Part shown: in pieces, positions 39,119 through 50,331 of the stretch
Numbering within the stretch: the first letter of the stretch is position 1
Layout: each line of letters opens with the position of its first letter
Source: Tissierellia bacterium
GTDB taxonomy: Bacteria; Bacillota; Clostridia; Tissierellales; Tissierellaceae
Length of the DNA: 64,000 nucleotides
Reading direction: 5' to 3'
Assembly (NCBI GenBank): GCA_012735245.1
Contig: JAAYHU010000029.1
Span: 2,327-66,326, forward strand
Notes under the pieces: generated by a model
The model's input: the letters and a program-made list of their open reading frames with translations, nothing else
What the model was told of the DNA's origin: nothing
Databases searched by the model: none
Made by a program: the position numbers and the translations under genes

Positions 39119-40867
39119 ATGAACTAATTCGCCAGATGGGTTTACAAATATTGTTTTAAAGTTTTCGTATATTACCATACCTGCCTTAGAATTATTAGGT
39201 TTTTTTACGTTTTTTCTTTCTGTATAATCCACAGGCACATTGTTTGAATTTTTTCCCTTGCTGTAATATGCTGCTAAGGCTGCTGCCTCTTTTAGGGTAG
39301 AATCAGGTACATTTTTTCCAGAACTTTCTATGATTACATGACTACCTGGCATCTTTTGTACATGCAACCAAATGTCATTCTTCTTCGCAAATTTTAATGT
39401 CAAATAATCATTTTGCCTATTGTTTTTACCTACATATATGTTAAAGCCATCAGAAGATATATAATGGAATGGTTTTGATAAAGTATTTTGCTTTTTCTTT
39501 TTCTTGATTGTACCCTTAAGATATCCTTCCTTTATTAGTTCCTCTTTAATTTCATCAAGTTCTTCTACTTCTGTGGCGTTATCTATACTTATTAAAATGT
39601 TTTCCAAATATAAGATTTCCTGCTCTGTTTCTGGTATTTGATTTTGTAATAGTAGCTGGGCGTTTTTTAACTTAGAATATTTTTTGTAATATTTCTGAGC
39701 ATTGGCTACAGGAGACAGCTTTTTATCTAAAGGAACCTTAATCTTTTCCATATTTTCGTCATAGAAGTTTTCAAGTTCAATATTATCTATACCTTTGGGA
39801 ATCCTATATAGATTAGCAGATATTAAATCAGCATAAATTTTATATTTTTCCCTGTCTTGACTTTCCAGTAATTCCTCTTTTTGTTTTGCTAATTTTTTTA
39901 TAGCCCTATCTAGTTTAACTTGGACAGTTTTTCTAATTGATTGAGATTTTTGATTAATTCTATCTTGAATGTCTTTACTATGGTAGTATCTATCTAATAT
40001 TTCTGATATGGATTCTGAGTAAAATTTTTCTTTATTTCCAAATTGCTTAATATCTAAAACGTGGAAAGCTATTATTTCGTTTCCATTATTTGATAAAATA
40101 CAATTGGGTTTAAACTCAAAGTTAGCAGTTTTTTCAACGACATTATTAAATGATTTAAATAAAGCTTCCTTGTCTGCAGGATATAGGCTACCAATAGTTC
40201 TATCTATATCTATATCTGCTTCGAAGCAGATTTCTCTACTGATTAAAGGGCTTAATCCAAGATAGTTGAAATAAAAGAATTTAAAACAGGGGAGATTTTT
40301 ATTAGCTTCCTCCAGCTTTTTAAAGAAATCTTCTTTTGTACTATTTAAAGGATTGGTTTTATTTTCATGGGGCGGATATTCATAGATAAGTCCTGGCAAT
40401 ATTTGCCTTATTCTACTCATGTCCCCATGAACCCTTTTTATGGAATCAATTATTTTATAATTATCATAATCTACTAAAATAATATTGCTATGTTTTCCCA
40501 TAATTTCAGTTATAAGCCTTTTTTTAGTGGGTTGGCCCAATTCATCTTCAGCAGAAATATCTAAAAATACTATTCTGTCTAAACTTAGCTGCTCAATATT
40601 CAATATTACTCCACCTATTAAATGCTTTCTAAGCAACATGCAAAACATGGGTGGTTCTGGTGGATTAGTTTTAGTAAATTTAGTAAGGTACAACCTAGGA
40701 TTATTGCTACTGGCAGAAATAATTAATTTATAATTAGTCCCCTTATTGTGAATATGAATTAATATTTCATCTTTTTCCTGCTGATAGACTTTATCTATTC
40801 TTCCACCTATTATCTTATCCTTTAACTCAGCGACTACTGAACGAGTTACAATACCATCATATGACAT
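39095..40867 (-). CDS. rqcH: Ribosome quality control protein RqcH (NFACT family; FbpA/YloA)
   Basis: MSYDGIVTRSVVAELK.., coiled-coil middle region, C-terminal ..IYVGKNNRQNDYLT..DIWLHV...PGSHVI... Confidence 0.85.
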
Positions 40868-41025
40868 AAGAATTCCTCCAATGCTAAAATACAGTAATAA
40901 AAGTATATCATTAAATTAGAAAATAATAAATGGATTATATTAATATTTTGTAATAAACTATGGCTTATTATTATTTAAGAATTTATAATCATTATTAACA
41001 GTGAAAATAATTAGAGGTGAATATA

Positions 41026-41907
41026 ATGTTAAAAAGTATGACAGGATATGGCAGAGGGGAATTTGCAAATGAATATTTTAGTATTATAATTGAGATAAAA
41101 TCAGTAAACCATAGATATGCTGATATAATAGTTAAAATGCCTCGCCATATTAATTTTTTGGAAGAGAAGATTAAGAAAACTGTTAAAGAAAAAATCAGCA
41201 GAGGAAAGGTTGACATATTCGTAAATTTGGAATATATTAATGAATCAGCAATAGATTTAAAAGTTGATATTCAATTGGCAAAGGCCTACAAGGAAATCTT
41301 AGAGGAATTGTCAAAGGAGTTAAACTTAGACGATAATGTTAAACTATATAATATTTTAAGCTTACCTGAAATTGTTAGGACTGAAAAGAAAGAAGTAGAT
41401 GAAGGACTTATTTGGTCTCCATTGAAAAAGGCATTAGATGAGGCTTTAGAAAATCTACTAGAAATGAAGATACTTGAAGGCCAAGCCATTAAAAATGATA
41501 TGCTATCAAAATTATATGAAATTGAAAAATTAGTAGATGAAATAGAGTTAAGGGCTCCCAATGTTGTACTTGAATATAAAGAAAGGTTAAGGGAAAGGAT
41601 AGAAGAATTACTAGATAAAGATGTGACAATAGATGAAGATAGGCTTGCCCAGGAAATAGCAATATTTGCCGATAAAAGCAATGTAAACGAAGAAATAGTC
41701 AGGTTAAAGAGTCACATTAGTCAATTTAAATCCATTGTAAATGAAGATGAGGCGGTAGGGAGAAAGCTAGATTTTCTCATTCAAGAAATGAATAGGGAAA
41801 CCAATACTATAGGTTCTAAGGCAAATGATATTCATATTTCAAATAATGTAGTAAGGATTAAGGCGGAAATTGAAAAAATTAGGGAACAGGTACAAAATAT
41901 TGAGTAA
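41026..41907 (+). CDS. yicC: YicC/YloC-family endoribonuclease
   Basis: MLKSMTGYGRGE..SVNHRY.. and C-terminal ..GRKLDFLIQEMNRE.NTIGSKA... Confidence 0.85.
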   Translation: MLKSMTGYGRGEFANEYFSIIIEIKSVNHRYADIIVKMPRHINFLEEKIKKTVKEKISRGKVDIFVNLEYINESAIDLKVDIQLAKAYKEILEELSKELNLDDNVKLYNILSLPEIVRTEKKEVDEGLIWSPLKKALDEALENLLEMKILEGQAIKNDMLSKLYEIEKLVDEIELRAPNVVLEYKERLRERIEELLDKDVTIDEDRLAQEIAIFADKSNVNEEIVRLKSHISQFKSIVNEDEAVGRKLDFLIQEMNRETNTIGSKANDIHISNNVVRIKAEIEKIREQVQNIE

Positions 41908-41919
41908 TAGGAGGTTTTT

Positions 41920-42177
41920 ATGTCTATAAAACTAATTAATATTGGCTATGGAAATATAGTAGCCGCAAATAGGATAGTAGCTGTAGTCAGCTCTGAATCT
42001 GCTCCTATAAAAAGATTAATCCAGGATGCTAGAGAAAAGGGGCTTTTAATAGATGCCACCTATGGGAGAAAAACTAGAGCAGTTATAATTACCGACAGTC
42101 AACATGTTATTCTAACACCTGTTCAACCCGAAACAGTTGCCAATAGATTCATTAGCAAAGAGGAAAATCATGAATAA
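41920..42177 (+). CDS. remA: DUF370 protein RemA (extracellular matrix / biofilm regulatory protein)
   Basis: [60 protein letters not shown]. Confidence 0.85.
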   Translation: MSIKLINIGYGNIVAANRIVAVVSSESAPIKRLIQDAREKGLLIDATYGRKTRAVIITDSQHVILTPVQPETVANRFISKEENHE

Positions 42178-42195
42178 AGGAAGTAGGTGGTAAAG

Positions 42196-42810
42196 ATGTC
42201 AAAGGGATTTTTATTAATTATATCTGGACCAGCTGGTACAGGAAAGGGAACTGTATGTAAGGAATTATTAAAAAGAAATAAAGACATTGTCTTTTCAGTG
42301 TCTGCAACTACTAGACAGCCTAGGGTTGGAGAAGTAGATGGGGTTAATTATTATTTTGTAACTAAAGAAAAATTTGAATCTATGATAGAAAATGATGAAT
42401 TTTTGGAATATGCCTATGTTCATACAAATTACTATGGTACACCAAAAAAATTTGTGTTAGACCAAATAGAAAAAGGTGAAATAGTTCTTTTAGAAATCGA
42501 TGTACAAGGGGCTATGCAAATAAAGAAGAACTTTTCAGAAGCTGTCTTTATATTTCTATTGCCTCCAACAATGGAAGAGTTAAAAAATAGAATTGTTAAA
42601 AGAGGAACTGAAACTGAAGAAGATATTAATAGAAGATATGAAAATGCTTTTAAAGAATTGGATTTTGTAGGTAATTATGATTATTTCGTTATAAATGATG
42701 TGGTAGAAGATGCTGTAGCAGATATAGAGGCCATAATAAGGGCAGAAAAGCTTAGAGTTAAAAGACATTCAGATATAAAAAACAAAGTTTTATTAGAAGG
42801 AGGAAAATAA
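42196..42810 (+). CDS. gmk: Guanylate kinase
   Basis: GPAGTGKGT P-loop, ..SATTR.PR.GE.DG..YYF... Confidence 0.9.
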   Translation: MSKGFLLIISGPAGTGKGTVCKELLKRNKDIVFSVSATTRQPRVGEVDGVNYYFVTKEKFESMIENDEFLEYAYVHTNYYGTPKKFVLDQIEKGEIVLLEIDVQGAMQIKKNFSEAVFIFLLPPTMEELKNRIVKRGTETEEDINRRYENAFKELDFVGNYDYFVINDVVEDAVADIEAIIRAEKLRVKRHSDIKNKVLLEGGK

Positions 42811-42814
42811 TCAT

Positions 42815-43024
42815 ATGCTAAATCCATCTTTTAAGGAATTGGCTGAAAAGGGAGATAGTAGGTATACCTTAGTAATGTTAATAGCTAAAAGGGCTAGAGA
42901 TATTATTGATGGTGCAGAACCTTTAATTGAAACTTCTTCAAAAAAGCCAGTTAGTATAGCCCTGGAGGAAGTATTAGAAGGCAAGATAACTTATGAAAGA
43001 CCAAATATAAAGGGTATAAAATAA
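42815..43024 (+). CDS. rpoZ: DNA-directed RNA polymerase subunit omega
   Basis: 69 aa, ..SRYTLVMLIAKRARDI... Sits after gmk. Confidence 0.85.
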   Translation: MLNPSFKELAEKGDSRYTLVMLIAKRARDIIDGAEPLIETSSKKPVSIALEEVLEGKITYERPNIKGIK

Positions 43025-43033
43025 GGTGATAAT

Positions 43034-44239
43034 ATGTTAAAAGGCAGAACAATAGTCCTGGGAGTTACAGGAGGAATAGCAGTATATAAGGCTGCAGACA
43101 TAGTAAGTAGACTAAAAAAACTTAACGCTAATGTTGAAGTAATAATGACAGAAGCTGCTACAGAATTTGTTGCTCCACTAACTTTTCAAACCTTATCTAA
43201 TAATGTAGTCCATAGAAGTATGTTTAATGAAATTACTAATTATGATGTTGAACATATATCCTTGGCTCAAAAGGCTGACCTTATTTTAATCGCTCCTGCC
43301 ACTGCTAATACCATAGGTAAAATAGCCAACGGAATTGCAGACAACTTGCTTACTACTGTTGTAATGGCTACTACTGCAAAGGTTATTATTGCTCCTGCAA
43401 TGAATACCAAAATGTATCAGAACCCCATAGTTCAAGCTAATATGGAAAAGTTAAAAGAATTGGGATATGAATTTATTAAACCAGCAGTAGGAAAGCTGGC
43501 TTGTGGTGATTATGGCGAAGGAAAAATGGCTGAACCAGCAGATATAGTAGACTATGTAATCAGCAGTTTTGTTGAAAAGGATTTAATAGGAAAAAAAATT
43601 ATAGTTACTGCAGGCCCAACTATTGAGCCATTAGATCCAGTTAGATATATGACAAATCATTCAAGTGGAAAAATGGGATACAGCATTGCTAAGGAAGCAG
43701 TAGATAGGGGTGCTGAGGTGGTCTTAATATCTGGGCCTACATCTCTTGAACCACCTAAGGGAGTAGAATTCCTTAGGGTAAAAACTACTGAAGATATGTT
43801 GAAGGCAGTGGGCAGATACTTTGATTCCTGCCATGTTTTAATTAAATCTGCAGCCCCTGTAGACTACAGGCCCGAAAATGTAAGCAGCACTAAGATAAAG
43901 AAGAAAAAGGGTACAGATGAAATAATTATAAAATATATTAAAAACCCTGATATAGCTGCATATTTTGGGAAAATGAAGAAGAATCAAATCATGGTTGGCT
44001 TTGCTGCAGAAACAGAAAATTTATTCCAATATGCTGAGGAAAAGTTAAAGGAAAAGAACTTTGACTTTATAGTTGCCAATGATGTTAGTAAAGAGGGAGC
44101 AGGATTTAACGTAGATACTAATATAATTTCCATAATCGACAAGAATGGTGAAATAACCAACTATCCAATAATGGATAAAACTCGTGTTGCCAGGATTATA
44201 TTAGATAAGGTAAAATATTTACTTGAGGATAAAGGTTAG
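43034..44239 (+). CDS. coaBC: Bifunctional phosphopantothenoylcysteine decarboxylase / phosphopantothenate--cysteine ligase
   Basis: N-terminal flavoprotein domain (GVTGGIAVYKA..APATANTIGK), C-terminal CoaB domain (..ITNHSSGKMGY..). Confidence 0.9.
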   Translation: MLKGRTIVLGVTGGIAVYKAADIVSRLKKLNANVEVIMTEAATEFVAPLTFQTLSNNVVHRSMFNEITNYDVEHISLAQKADLILIAPATANTIGKIANGIADNLLTTVVMATTAKVIIAPAMNTKMYQNPIVQANMEKLKELGYEFIKPAVGKLACGDYGEGKMAEPADIVDYVISSFVEKDLIGKKIIVTAGPTIEPLDPVRYMTNHSSGKMGYSIAKEAVDRGAEVVLISGPTSLEPPKGVEFLRVKTTEDMLKAVGRYFDSCHVLIKSAAPVDYRPENVSSTKIKKKKGTDEIIIKYIKNPDIAAYFGKMKKNQIMVGFAAETENLFQYAEEKLKEKNFDFIVANDVSKEGAGFNVDTNIISIIDKNGEITNYPIMDKTRVARIILDKVKYLLEDKG

Positions 44240-44256
44240 ATAATTATCTAACCTTT
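44231..44256 (+). terminator. Palindromic hairpin overlapping the coaBC stop (weak terminator)
   Basis: aaaggttagataa / ttatctaaccttt perfect palindrome with only a short T tail. Confidence 0.4.
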
Positions 44257-44274
44257 AATTATATATACAAAGGA

Positions 44275-46755
44275 ATGATTAAATTGTTAGTTAAGTATGG
44301 ACAAGTTATTATAGATAACAGGGCTTCCCAGGTAGACAAACCTTTTACTTATATAATAGACGAGGACTTAATAGATGTTGTAAAAGAAGGAATGAGGGTA
44401 ATTGTTCCCTTTGGACAGGGTAATAAGCTAATCAAGGGCATTGTAATCGAAATTTTAGATGAGGTTGAAAGTGAATTTAAGTTAAAAAAGATCCTAGATG
44501 TTTTAGATGATAAGCCTCTAATTTCCAAAGAATTAATTGACTTAAGTAAATGGATGAAGGAAAACTACCTATCAACATATTTTGATGCCCTTCAACAAGT
44601 ATTACCTCCAGGAGATTATAAAGAAGTAAATACTTATATTGAAGCTATTGATAACTCCATTTATGAAGGCTTAAGTAAAAATGAGCTAATGATTATAAAT
44701 TTATTGAAAACTAAGGGGAAGATTTTACTAGATGATTTGAAGAAAGAAGTGAAGATTACTGGCATTAATAGAATCCTAAATGAACTAGAAGACAAGAAAT
44801 TAATTCAGACTACCATAGAAATAAAAACATCAGTTGAAAAAAAGATGGAGAAATGGATTAAATTAACCGATAGAGAAAAAACCTTATGTGAAATTTTAGA
44901 AGAGATTAACAAGGGAGCCACCAAGCAAAGGGAAATAATAAAATTTTTATATGATGTTCAGGATATTTCCTTTAAAGACTTTTCTAAAAAGATGAATGCC
45001 TCATCATATTCTATTAAATCTTTGGAAAATAAAGGTTTAATTAAGTTATATGAGAAAGAGGTTAAAAGAAATCCAATTAAAAAAGAAATAAAAGAGTATA
45101 AAAAGCATATTTTATTTCCTAGTCAAAGAAATGTTTTTCAAAGAATTAAAAACTCCTTCCATGGTAAAGATAAATCAAATAAATTTCTAATTCATGGAGT
45201 AACTGGGAGCGGTAAAACGGAAATTTACTTGCAGCTTGTTGAAGAAATGATGGACTTAGGAAAGGATTCTATCATATTAGTTCCAGAAATTTCTTTGACT
45301 CCTCAAACTATTGATAGGTTTGTAGGAAGGTTTGGAGATCAAGTAGCAGTTTTACATAGTAGATTATCTTATGGAGAAAGGTTTGATGAGTGGAGGAAAA
45401 TTAAAGAAGGAAAGGTAAAAATTGCCATAGGGGCAAGGTCTGCAGTATTTGCCCCATTCAAAAACTTAGGTTTAATAATAATAGATGAAGAGCATGAATC
45501 AACATATAAATCATCGCAAAACCCTAAGTATCATGCAGTAGAAGTAGCAAAAAAAAGAGTAGACCTAGAAAAGGGCTTTTTAGTCTTAGGTTCTGCCACT
45601 CCTTCCCTAGACACCTATTATGAATGTATGAAGGGAAATATTACTCTTCTAGAATTAAAGGAAAGAATAAACAATCACCTTCTTCCACAAATTAAAGTAA
45701 TAGATATGAGGGAAGAGTTGAATAAAGGGAATACAAGCATATTCAGCGAAGAACTCTTCAATTCTTTAAAAGAAAATCTATCTAGGGGAAAACAAAGTAT
45801 TTTGTTTTTAAACAGGAGAGGCTTTTCAACCTTTGTATCCTGTAGAAAATGTGGTTATGTAGTAAAATGTAATTACTGCGATATATCGATGACATATCAC
45901 AGAAATAAGAATAAGTTAAGGTGTCACTATTGTGGCTTGGCTATTAATCCACCAAATATTTGTCCAGTTTGTAAGAGCAAATATATTAAATATTTTGGAA
46001 TAGGGACAGAAAAAGTTGAAGACTTCACTAAAAAATTATTTCCCCAAGCTAAAGTAGCTAGAATGGATATGGATACTACAAGCAAAAAGGGAAGCCATGA
46101 AGCTATTTTAGAAGATATGAAAAGTGGTAAGATAGATATATTAATTGGTACACAGATGATTTCTAAGGGTTTAGATTTCCAAAATGTAACCCTAGTAGGT
46201 ATAATAGCAGCAGATACGACCTTAAACTTACCAGATTTTAGATCCCCTGAACGTACCTTCCAATTAATCACTCAAGTGGCTGGAAGGGCAGGTAGGGGAT
46301 ATAATGATGGTAAAGTTATACTTCAAACCTATGATCCAAACCATTATAGCATTATTTTTTCGAAAGACCATGACTATACAAGCTTTTATAATACTGAAAT
46401 AAAACTTAGGGAGGAATTTTTATATCCACCTTTTGTAGAACTCATTAGTATAATCGTCTATGGTCATGACAATGTGAAGGTTGAAACAATATCTAAAGAA
46501 ATATATAATTTAATTAAGGGGGGAATATACTGGTTAGATGAAGAAGAGATGAATAAATATTTAATCGGGCCTTATCCAGCCCCCTTAGAAAAAATAAACA
46601 ATAATTTTAGGTGGCAAATACTTATTAAATCGCATAAAAAGGATATTGATAGTTTAAAATCCTTAATAAAAGGGGTATGTATAAATAATGAATACAAATT
46701 AAATACAGAAGGGATAAAAATCAGTATAGATGTCAACCCAAATTCAATACTTTAG
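44275..46755 (+). CDS. priA: Primosomal protein N' (replication restart helicase PriA)
   Basis: GVTGSGKTE, IIIDEEHE, Cys4 zinc ribbons (CRKCGY..CNYCD..CHYCG..CPVC), ..QVAGRAGR... Confidence 0.9.
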   Translation: MIKLLVKYGQVIIDNRASQVDKPFTYIIDEDLIDVVKEGMRVIVPFGQGNKLIKGIVIEILDEVESEFKLKKILDVLDDKPLISKELIDLSKWMKENYLSTYFDALQQVLPPGDYKEVNTYIEAIDNSIYEGLSKNELMIINLLKTKGKILLDDLKKEVKITGINRILNELEDKKLIQTTIEIKTSVEKKMEKWIKLTDREKTLCEILEEINKGATKQREIIKFLYDVQDISFKDFSKKMNASSYSIKSLENKGLIKLYEKEVKRNPIKKEIKEYKKHILFPSQRNVFQRIKNSFHGKDKSNKFLIHGVTGSGKTEIYLQLVEEMMDLGKDSIILVPEISLTPQTIDRFVGRFGDQVAVLHSRLSYGERFDEWRKIKEGKVKIAIGARSAVFAPFKNLGLIIIDEEHESTYKSSQNPKYHAVEVAKKRVDLEKGFLVLGSATPSLDTYYECMKGNITLLELKERINNHLLPQIKVIDMREELNKGNTSIFSEELFNSLKENLSRGKQSILFLNRRGFSTFVSCRKCGYVVKCNYCDISMTYHRNKNKLRCHYCGLAINPPNICPVCKSKYIKYFGIGTEKVEDFTKKLFPQAKVARMDMDTTSKKGSHEAILEDMKSGKIDILIGTQMISKGLDFQNVTLVGIIAADTTLNLPDFRSPERTFQLITQVAGRAGRGYNDGKVILQTYDPNHYSIIFSKDHDYTSFYNTEIKLREEFLYPPFVELISIIVYGHDNVKVETISKEIYNLIKGGIYWLDEEEMNKYLIGPYPAPLEKINNNFRWQILIKSHKKDIDSLKSLIKGVCINNEYKLNTEGIKISIDVNPNSIL

Positions 46756-46766
46756 GAGGAAAATAT

Positions 46767-47237
46767 ATGGCATTAAGAGAAATTAGACTATTAGATGATC
46801 CAATTTTAAGGAAAAAATCTAGGGAAATAACTGAAATTAATGATAGGATAAGGATTTTATTAGACGACATGGTAGAAACTATGAAAGAAGCAGAAGGAGT
46901 AGGCTTAGCAGCTCCCCAAGTGGGAGTTTTGAGACGAGCAGTAGTTATAGATGTAGGAGATGGGCCTATAAAATTAATAAATCCAGAAATCTTTGAAACA
47001 AAAGGAGAAATAATAGATGTGGAAGGCTGTTTATCTATACCAGGCAGATCAGGTAAAGTGCCTAGACCCGAATGGGTGAAGATAAAATACTTGGATATAG
47101 AAGGAAATGAAAAGTTCTTAGAAGGTACTGGCTTACTTGCAAGAGCCATTTGTCATGAGATAGATCATTTAGATGGCATTTTATATATAGACAAGATGAT
47201 TGAAGAAGTAACATTAGAAGAGGATGATGAGGTATAG
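46767..47237 (+). CDS. def: Peptide deformylase
   Basis: GVGLAAPQ, EGCLS, HEIDHLDG motifs. Confidence 0.95.
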   Translation: MALREIRLLDDPILRKKSREITEINDRIRILLDDMVETMKEAEGVGLAAPQVGVLRRAVVIDVGDGPIKLINPEIFETKGEIIDVEGCLSIPGRSGKVPRPEWVKIKYLDIEGNEKFLEGTGLLARAICHEIDHLDGILYIDKMIEEVTLEEDDEV

Positions 47238-47238
47238 T

Positions 47239-48168
47239 ATGAAAATTGTATTTATGGGTACACCTGAATTTGCAGTTCCATCTTTAGAAGCCTTAGTTAA
47301 AGAAGGATGGGAATTAAAGCTAGTAGTTACTCAAAAAGATAAGCCGAAGGGAAGGGGAAAAAAAATCCAATTTACTCCTGTAAAAGAAAAGGCATTAGAA
47401 TTAGGTTTGGAAGTATTTCAACCTGATTCAATTAACTCAGTAGAATCTATAGAAAAGATATCAGCAATAAATCCAGATTTTATAGTTGTAGTGGCATATG
47501 GTCAAATATTGAAAAAATCTATTTTAGAAATACCGAAATATGGATGCTATAATGTACATGCCTCTTTACTGCCTAAATATAGAGGGGCAGCACCAATTAA
47601 TTGGGCTATTATCAATGGAGAAAAAGAAACTGGCGTTACAATAATGGAAATGGATGAAGGATTGGACACAGGAGACATGGTACTTTCTAAGGCCATTCCC
47701 ATCCAAGATGATGACGATGCCATTTCTATTCATGACAAATTATCTATTCTTGGTGGCAAACTAATAGTTGAAGCCTTAAATGGGATTGTTGCAGGTAAAT
47801 TAGAAAAAATTCCCCAAGATCATAGCCTTTCATCTTATGCTTCCATGTTAAGTAAAGACATGGGCAGAATTAACTGGAATAGGAGTGCAGAATCGATAAT
47901 AAACTTAATTAGGGGTTTAAAACCTTGGCCTTCAGCTTATACAGATTATAAAGGAGAAAAGATAAAAATTCACAAGGCTTCAGTAACTAATGAAGTGAAA
48001 GATGGGGCTTGTGGCGAAATAGTAGAAGTAAATAAAAATGGGATTTATGTCAATACAAAAGATAAAAAAATAGTTTTAGAAGAAATTCAATTTCCAAACA
48101 AAAGAAAAATGACAGTTGAGGAATACTTAAGAGGAAATTCAATAGAAAAAGGCATAGTTTTAAGATAA
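47239..48168 (+). CDS. fmt: Methionyl-tRNA formyltransferase
   Basis: MKIVFMGTPEFAVPSL..NVHASLLPKYRGAAPI... Confidence 0.95.
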   Translation: MKIVFMGTPEFAVPSLEALVKEGWELKLVVTQKDKPKGRGKKIQFTPVKEKALELGLEVFQPDSINSVESIEKISAINPDFIVVVAYGQILKKSILEIPKYGCYNVHASLLPKYRGAAPINWAIINGEKETGVTIMEMDEGLDTGDMVLSKAIPIQDDDDAISIHDKLSILGGKLIVEALNGIVAGKLEKIPQDHSLSSYASMLSKDMGRINWNRSAESIINLIRGLKPWPSAYTDYKGEKIKIHKASVTNEVKDGACGEIVEVNKNGIYVNTKDKKIVLEEIQFPNKRKMTVEEYLRGNSIEKGIVLR

Positions 48169-48179
48169 GGGAGAGGAGA

Positions 48180-48884
48180 ATGCAAATGTATGGATATTAT
48201 GGAATGATGGGCCTTGATAGTACTTGGATTATATATGTGCTTCCTGCATTGCTACTAGCTGCCTTTGCCCAATTAAAAGTTAGTTCAGCTTATAACAAAT
48301 ATTCTAGGCTGCCAAGTGGAATTAATTTGACTGGTGCACAGGTAGCAAGGATGATTCTAGATAGAAATGGTCTATATGATGTAAAGATAGAACCTGTACG
48401 AGGTCAACTAACAGACCATTACGATCCTAGAACAAAGACTGTAAGATTATCTAGCCATATATATAGTGGAAGTAGCATTGCATCTATGAGCGTTGCAGCC
48501 CATGAAGTAGGCCATGCAATCCAACATGCTGAAGGTTATTATCCACTGATTTTAAGAAATAATATTGCACCTATAGCAAGTTTTGGCTCTAGATTTGCCT
48601 GGATCCTAATATTTCTAGGTTTTATAATATCGCCTTTTTTCATAGACTTAGGAATAGCCTTATTTATAGGAGTAGTTGCATTTCAATTAATCACATTACC
48701 TGTTGAGTTTAATGCTAGTAGAAGGGCATTGGTTCAGCTTGAAAACGGATTTATAACTAGGGAAAGAATAAAACCAGTTAAGGAAGTACTCTCTGCTGCA
48801 GCTCTTACCTATGTAGCAGCAACCTTAGTAGCTGTAGGACAATTGTTGAGATTATTGGTATTAACAGGTAGAAGAAGGGATTAA
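48180..48884 (+). CDS. Membrane zinc metallopeptidase (Zn_peptidase_2 / YugP-like)
   Basis: ..DHYDPR.K.VRLS.. and HEVGHAIQH, C-terminal TM helices. Confidence 0.75.
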   Translation: MQMYGYYGMMGLDSTWIIYVLPALLLAAFAQLKVSSAYNKYSRLPSGINLTGAQVARMILDRNGLYDVKIEPVRGQLTDHYDPRTKTVRLSSHIYSGSSIASMSVAAHEVGHAIQHAEGYYPLILRNNIAPIASFGSRFAWILIFLGFIISPFFIDLGIALFIGVVAFQLITLPVEFNASRRALVQLENGFITRERIKPVKEVLSAAALTYVAATLVAVGQLLRLLVLTGRRRD

Positions 48885-48908
48885 GGGGGATAGAAAGCCC
48901 CCTTTTTT
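48885..48908 (+). terminator. Intrinsic terminator
   Basis: ggggg-atagaaag-ccccc followed by T6. Confidence 0.7.
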
Positions 48909-48932
48909 AAATTATATATTAGGAGTGTTAAA

Positions 48933-50276
48933 ATGGTGCAGGGTTCTAGAGAATTGGCATTTAAAATTCTTTATGATATTTTTTCGAATCAAGCTTTTTC
49001 AAATATCTCCATAAAGAAACATTTAAGTAAAGAAATTAATCCAAAGGAAGAGAACTTAGTCAGGGAAATAGTCTATGGAGTATTGGAAAACGATCTATAT
49101 TTAAATTATATAATATCAAGGGCATCTAAAATACCTTTAAGAAAAATACATCCTAAAATTCTCATTATACTAAAAATTGGAATTTACCAGCTTGTATTTA
49201 TGGATAGGATACCCTCAAGTGCAGCTGTCAATGAATCTGTAAAATTAGCCAAGGTTCATGGACATAAGGGTACCATAGCTTTTGTAAATGGAGTTTTAAG
49301 AAATATTAGTAGAAGCAAAGAAAAATTTATGGAAATTGATGAAAAAGACAGATTAAGTTATATTTCTATAAAATATTCTCATCCAAAATGGTTGGTAGAT
49401 AGGTGGATTAAGGAATTTGGAGAGGAATTTACGGAAAGCTTGTGTAGGGAAAATAATAGCTATTCCAAACTAAACATAAGGGTTAATACTCTTAAGATTA
49501 ATAAATATGAATTAAAGAATAGGCTAGAGGGACATGGATTTAAGATTAAAGAGGGGAAATATTGCCATGATATTTTAATTATAGAAAATCCCCTAAGGCT
49601 TACAGAAACGGAAGAATATAGATTAGGTTATTTCATTATACAAGATGAAAGCAGTGCCTTAGTCGGACAAATAATGAATCCAAATGAAGGTAGTGTCGTA
49701 CTTGATCTTTGTAGTGCTCCAGGGGGTAAAGCTACCCACATAGCACAAATAATGAAAAATAAAGGCAAAATCCTAAGCATGGACTTTTATGAACACAGGA
49801 TTAGGCTAATAGAAGATAACGCCAAAAGACTAGGTATAGACATTATAGAAGCATTTACTGGTGATGCTACAAAATTTAACAAGTCTCTAAAAAATATTGC
49901 AGACTATGTCCTAGTGGATGCCCCTTGTTCTGGCTTTGGCTTAATTAGGAGAAAGCCAGAAATTAAATGGTATAGAAGAGAAGAAGATATAGAAGAATTA
50001 ACAAAGATTCAAAGAAACATCTTAAACAATGCTAAGGAATATTTAAAAGTTGGAGGTATCTTAATATATAGTACATGTACCATAGAAAAAGATGAGAATA
50101 TTAATATGGTAAATCAATTTATTGAGGAAAATAAGAATTTTAGATTAGTTAATTTTGAAGATCTGGTAAAGGGATTAGAAGAGGAAGAAAGCATGAAACA
50201 TGGTTTTATCCAATTATATCCCCATATCCATAATACCGATGGGTTTTTTATTGCTAAAATGATAAAAGAAAGATAG
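48933..50276 (+). CDS. rsmB: 16S rRNA (cytosine967-C5)-methyltransferase RsmB
   Basis: NusB-like N-terminus, ..DLCSAPGGKATH..DAPCSG.G..YSTCT... Confidence 0.9.
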   Translation: MVQGSRELAFKILYDIFSNQAFSNISIKKHLSKEINPKEENLVREIVYGVLENDLYLNYIISRASKIPLRKIHPKILIILKIGIYQLVFMDRIPSSAAVNESVKLAKVHGHKGTIAFVNGVLRNISRSKEKFMEIDEKDRLSYISIKYSHPKWLVDRWIKEFGEEFTESLCRENNSYSKLNIRVNTLKINKYELKNRLEGHGFKIKEGKYCHDILIIENPLRLTETEEYRLGYFIIQDESSALVGQIMNPNEGSVVLDLCSAPGGKATHIAQIMKNKGKILSMDFYEHRIRLIEDNAKRLGIDIIEAFTGDATKFNKSLKNIADYVLVDAPCSGFGLIRRKPEIKWYRREEDIEELTKIQRNILNNAKEYLKVGGILIYSTCTIEKDENINMVNQFIEENKNFRLVNFEDLVKGLEEEESMKHGFIQLYPHIHNTDGFFIAKMIKER

Positions 50277-50331
50277 ATATATATTTGATTATTATGTATA
50301 ATATAATATTAGGAAGCACTGAGGTGATTAC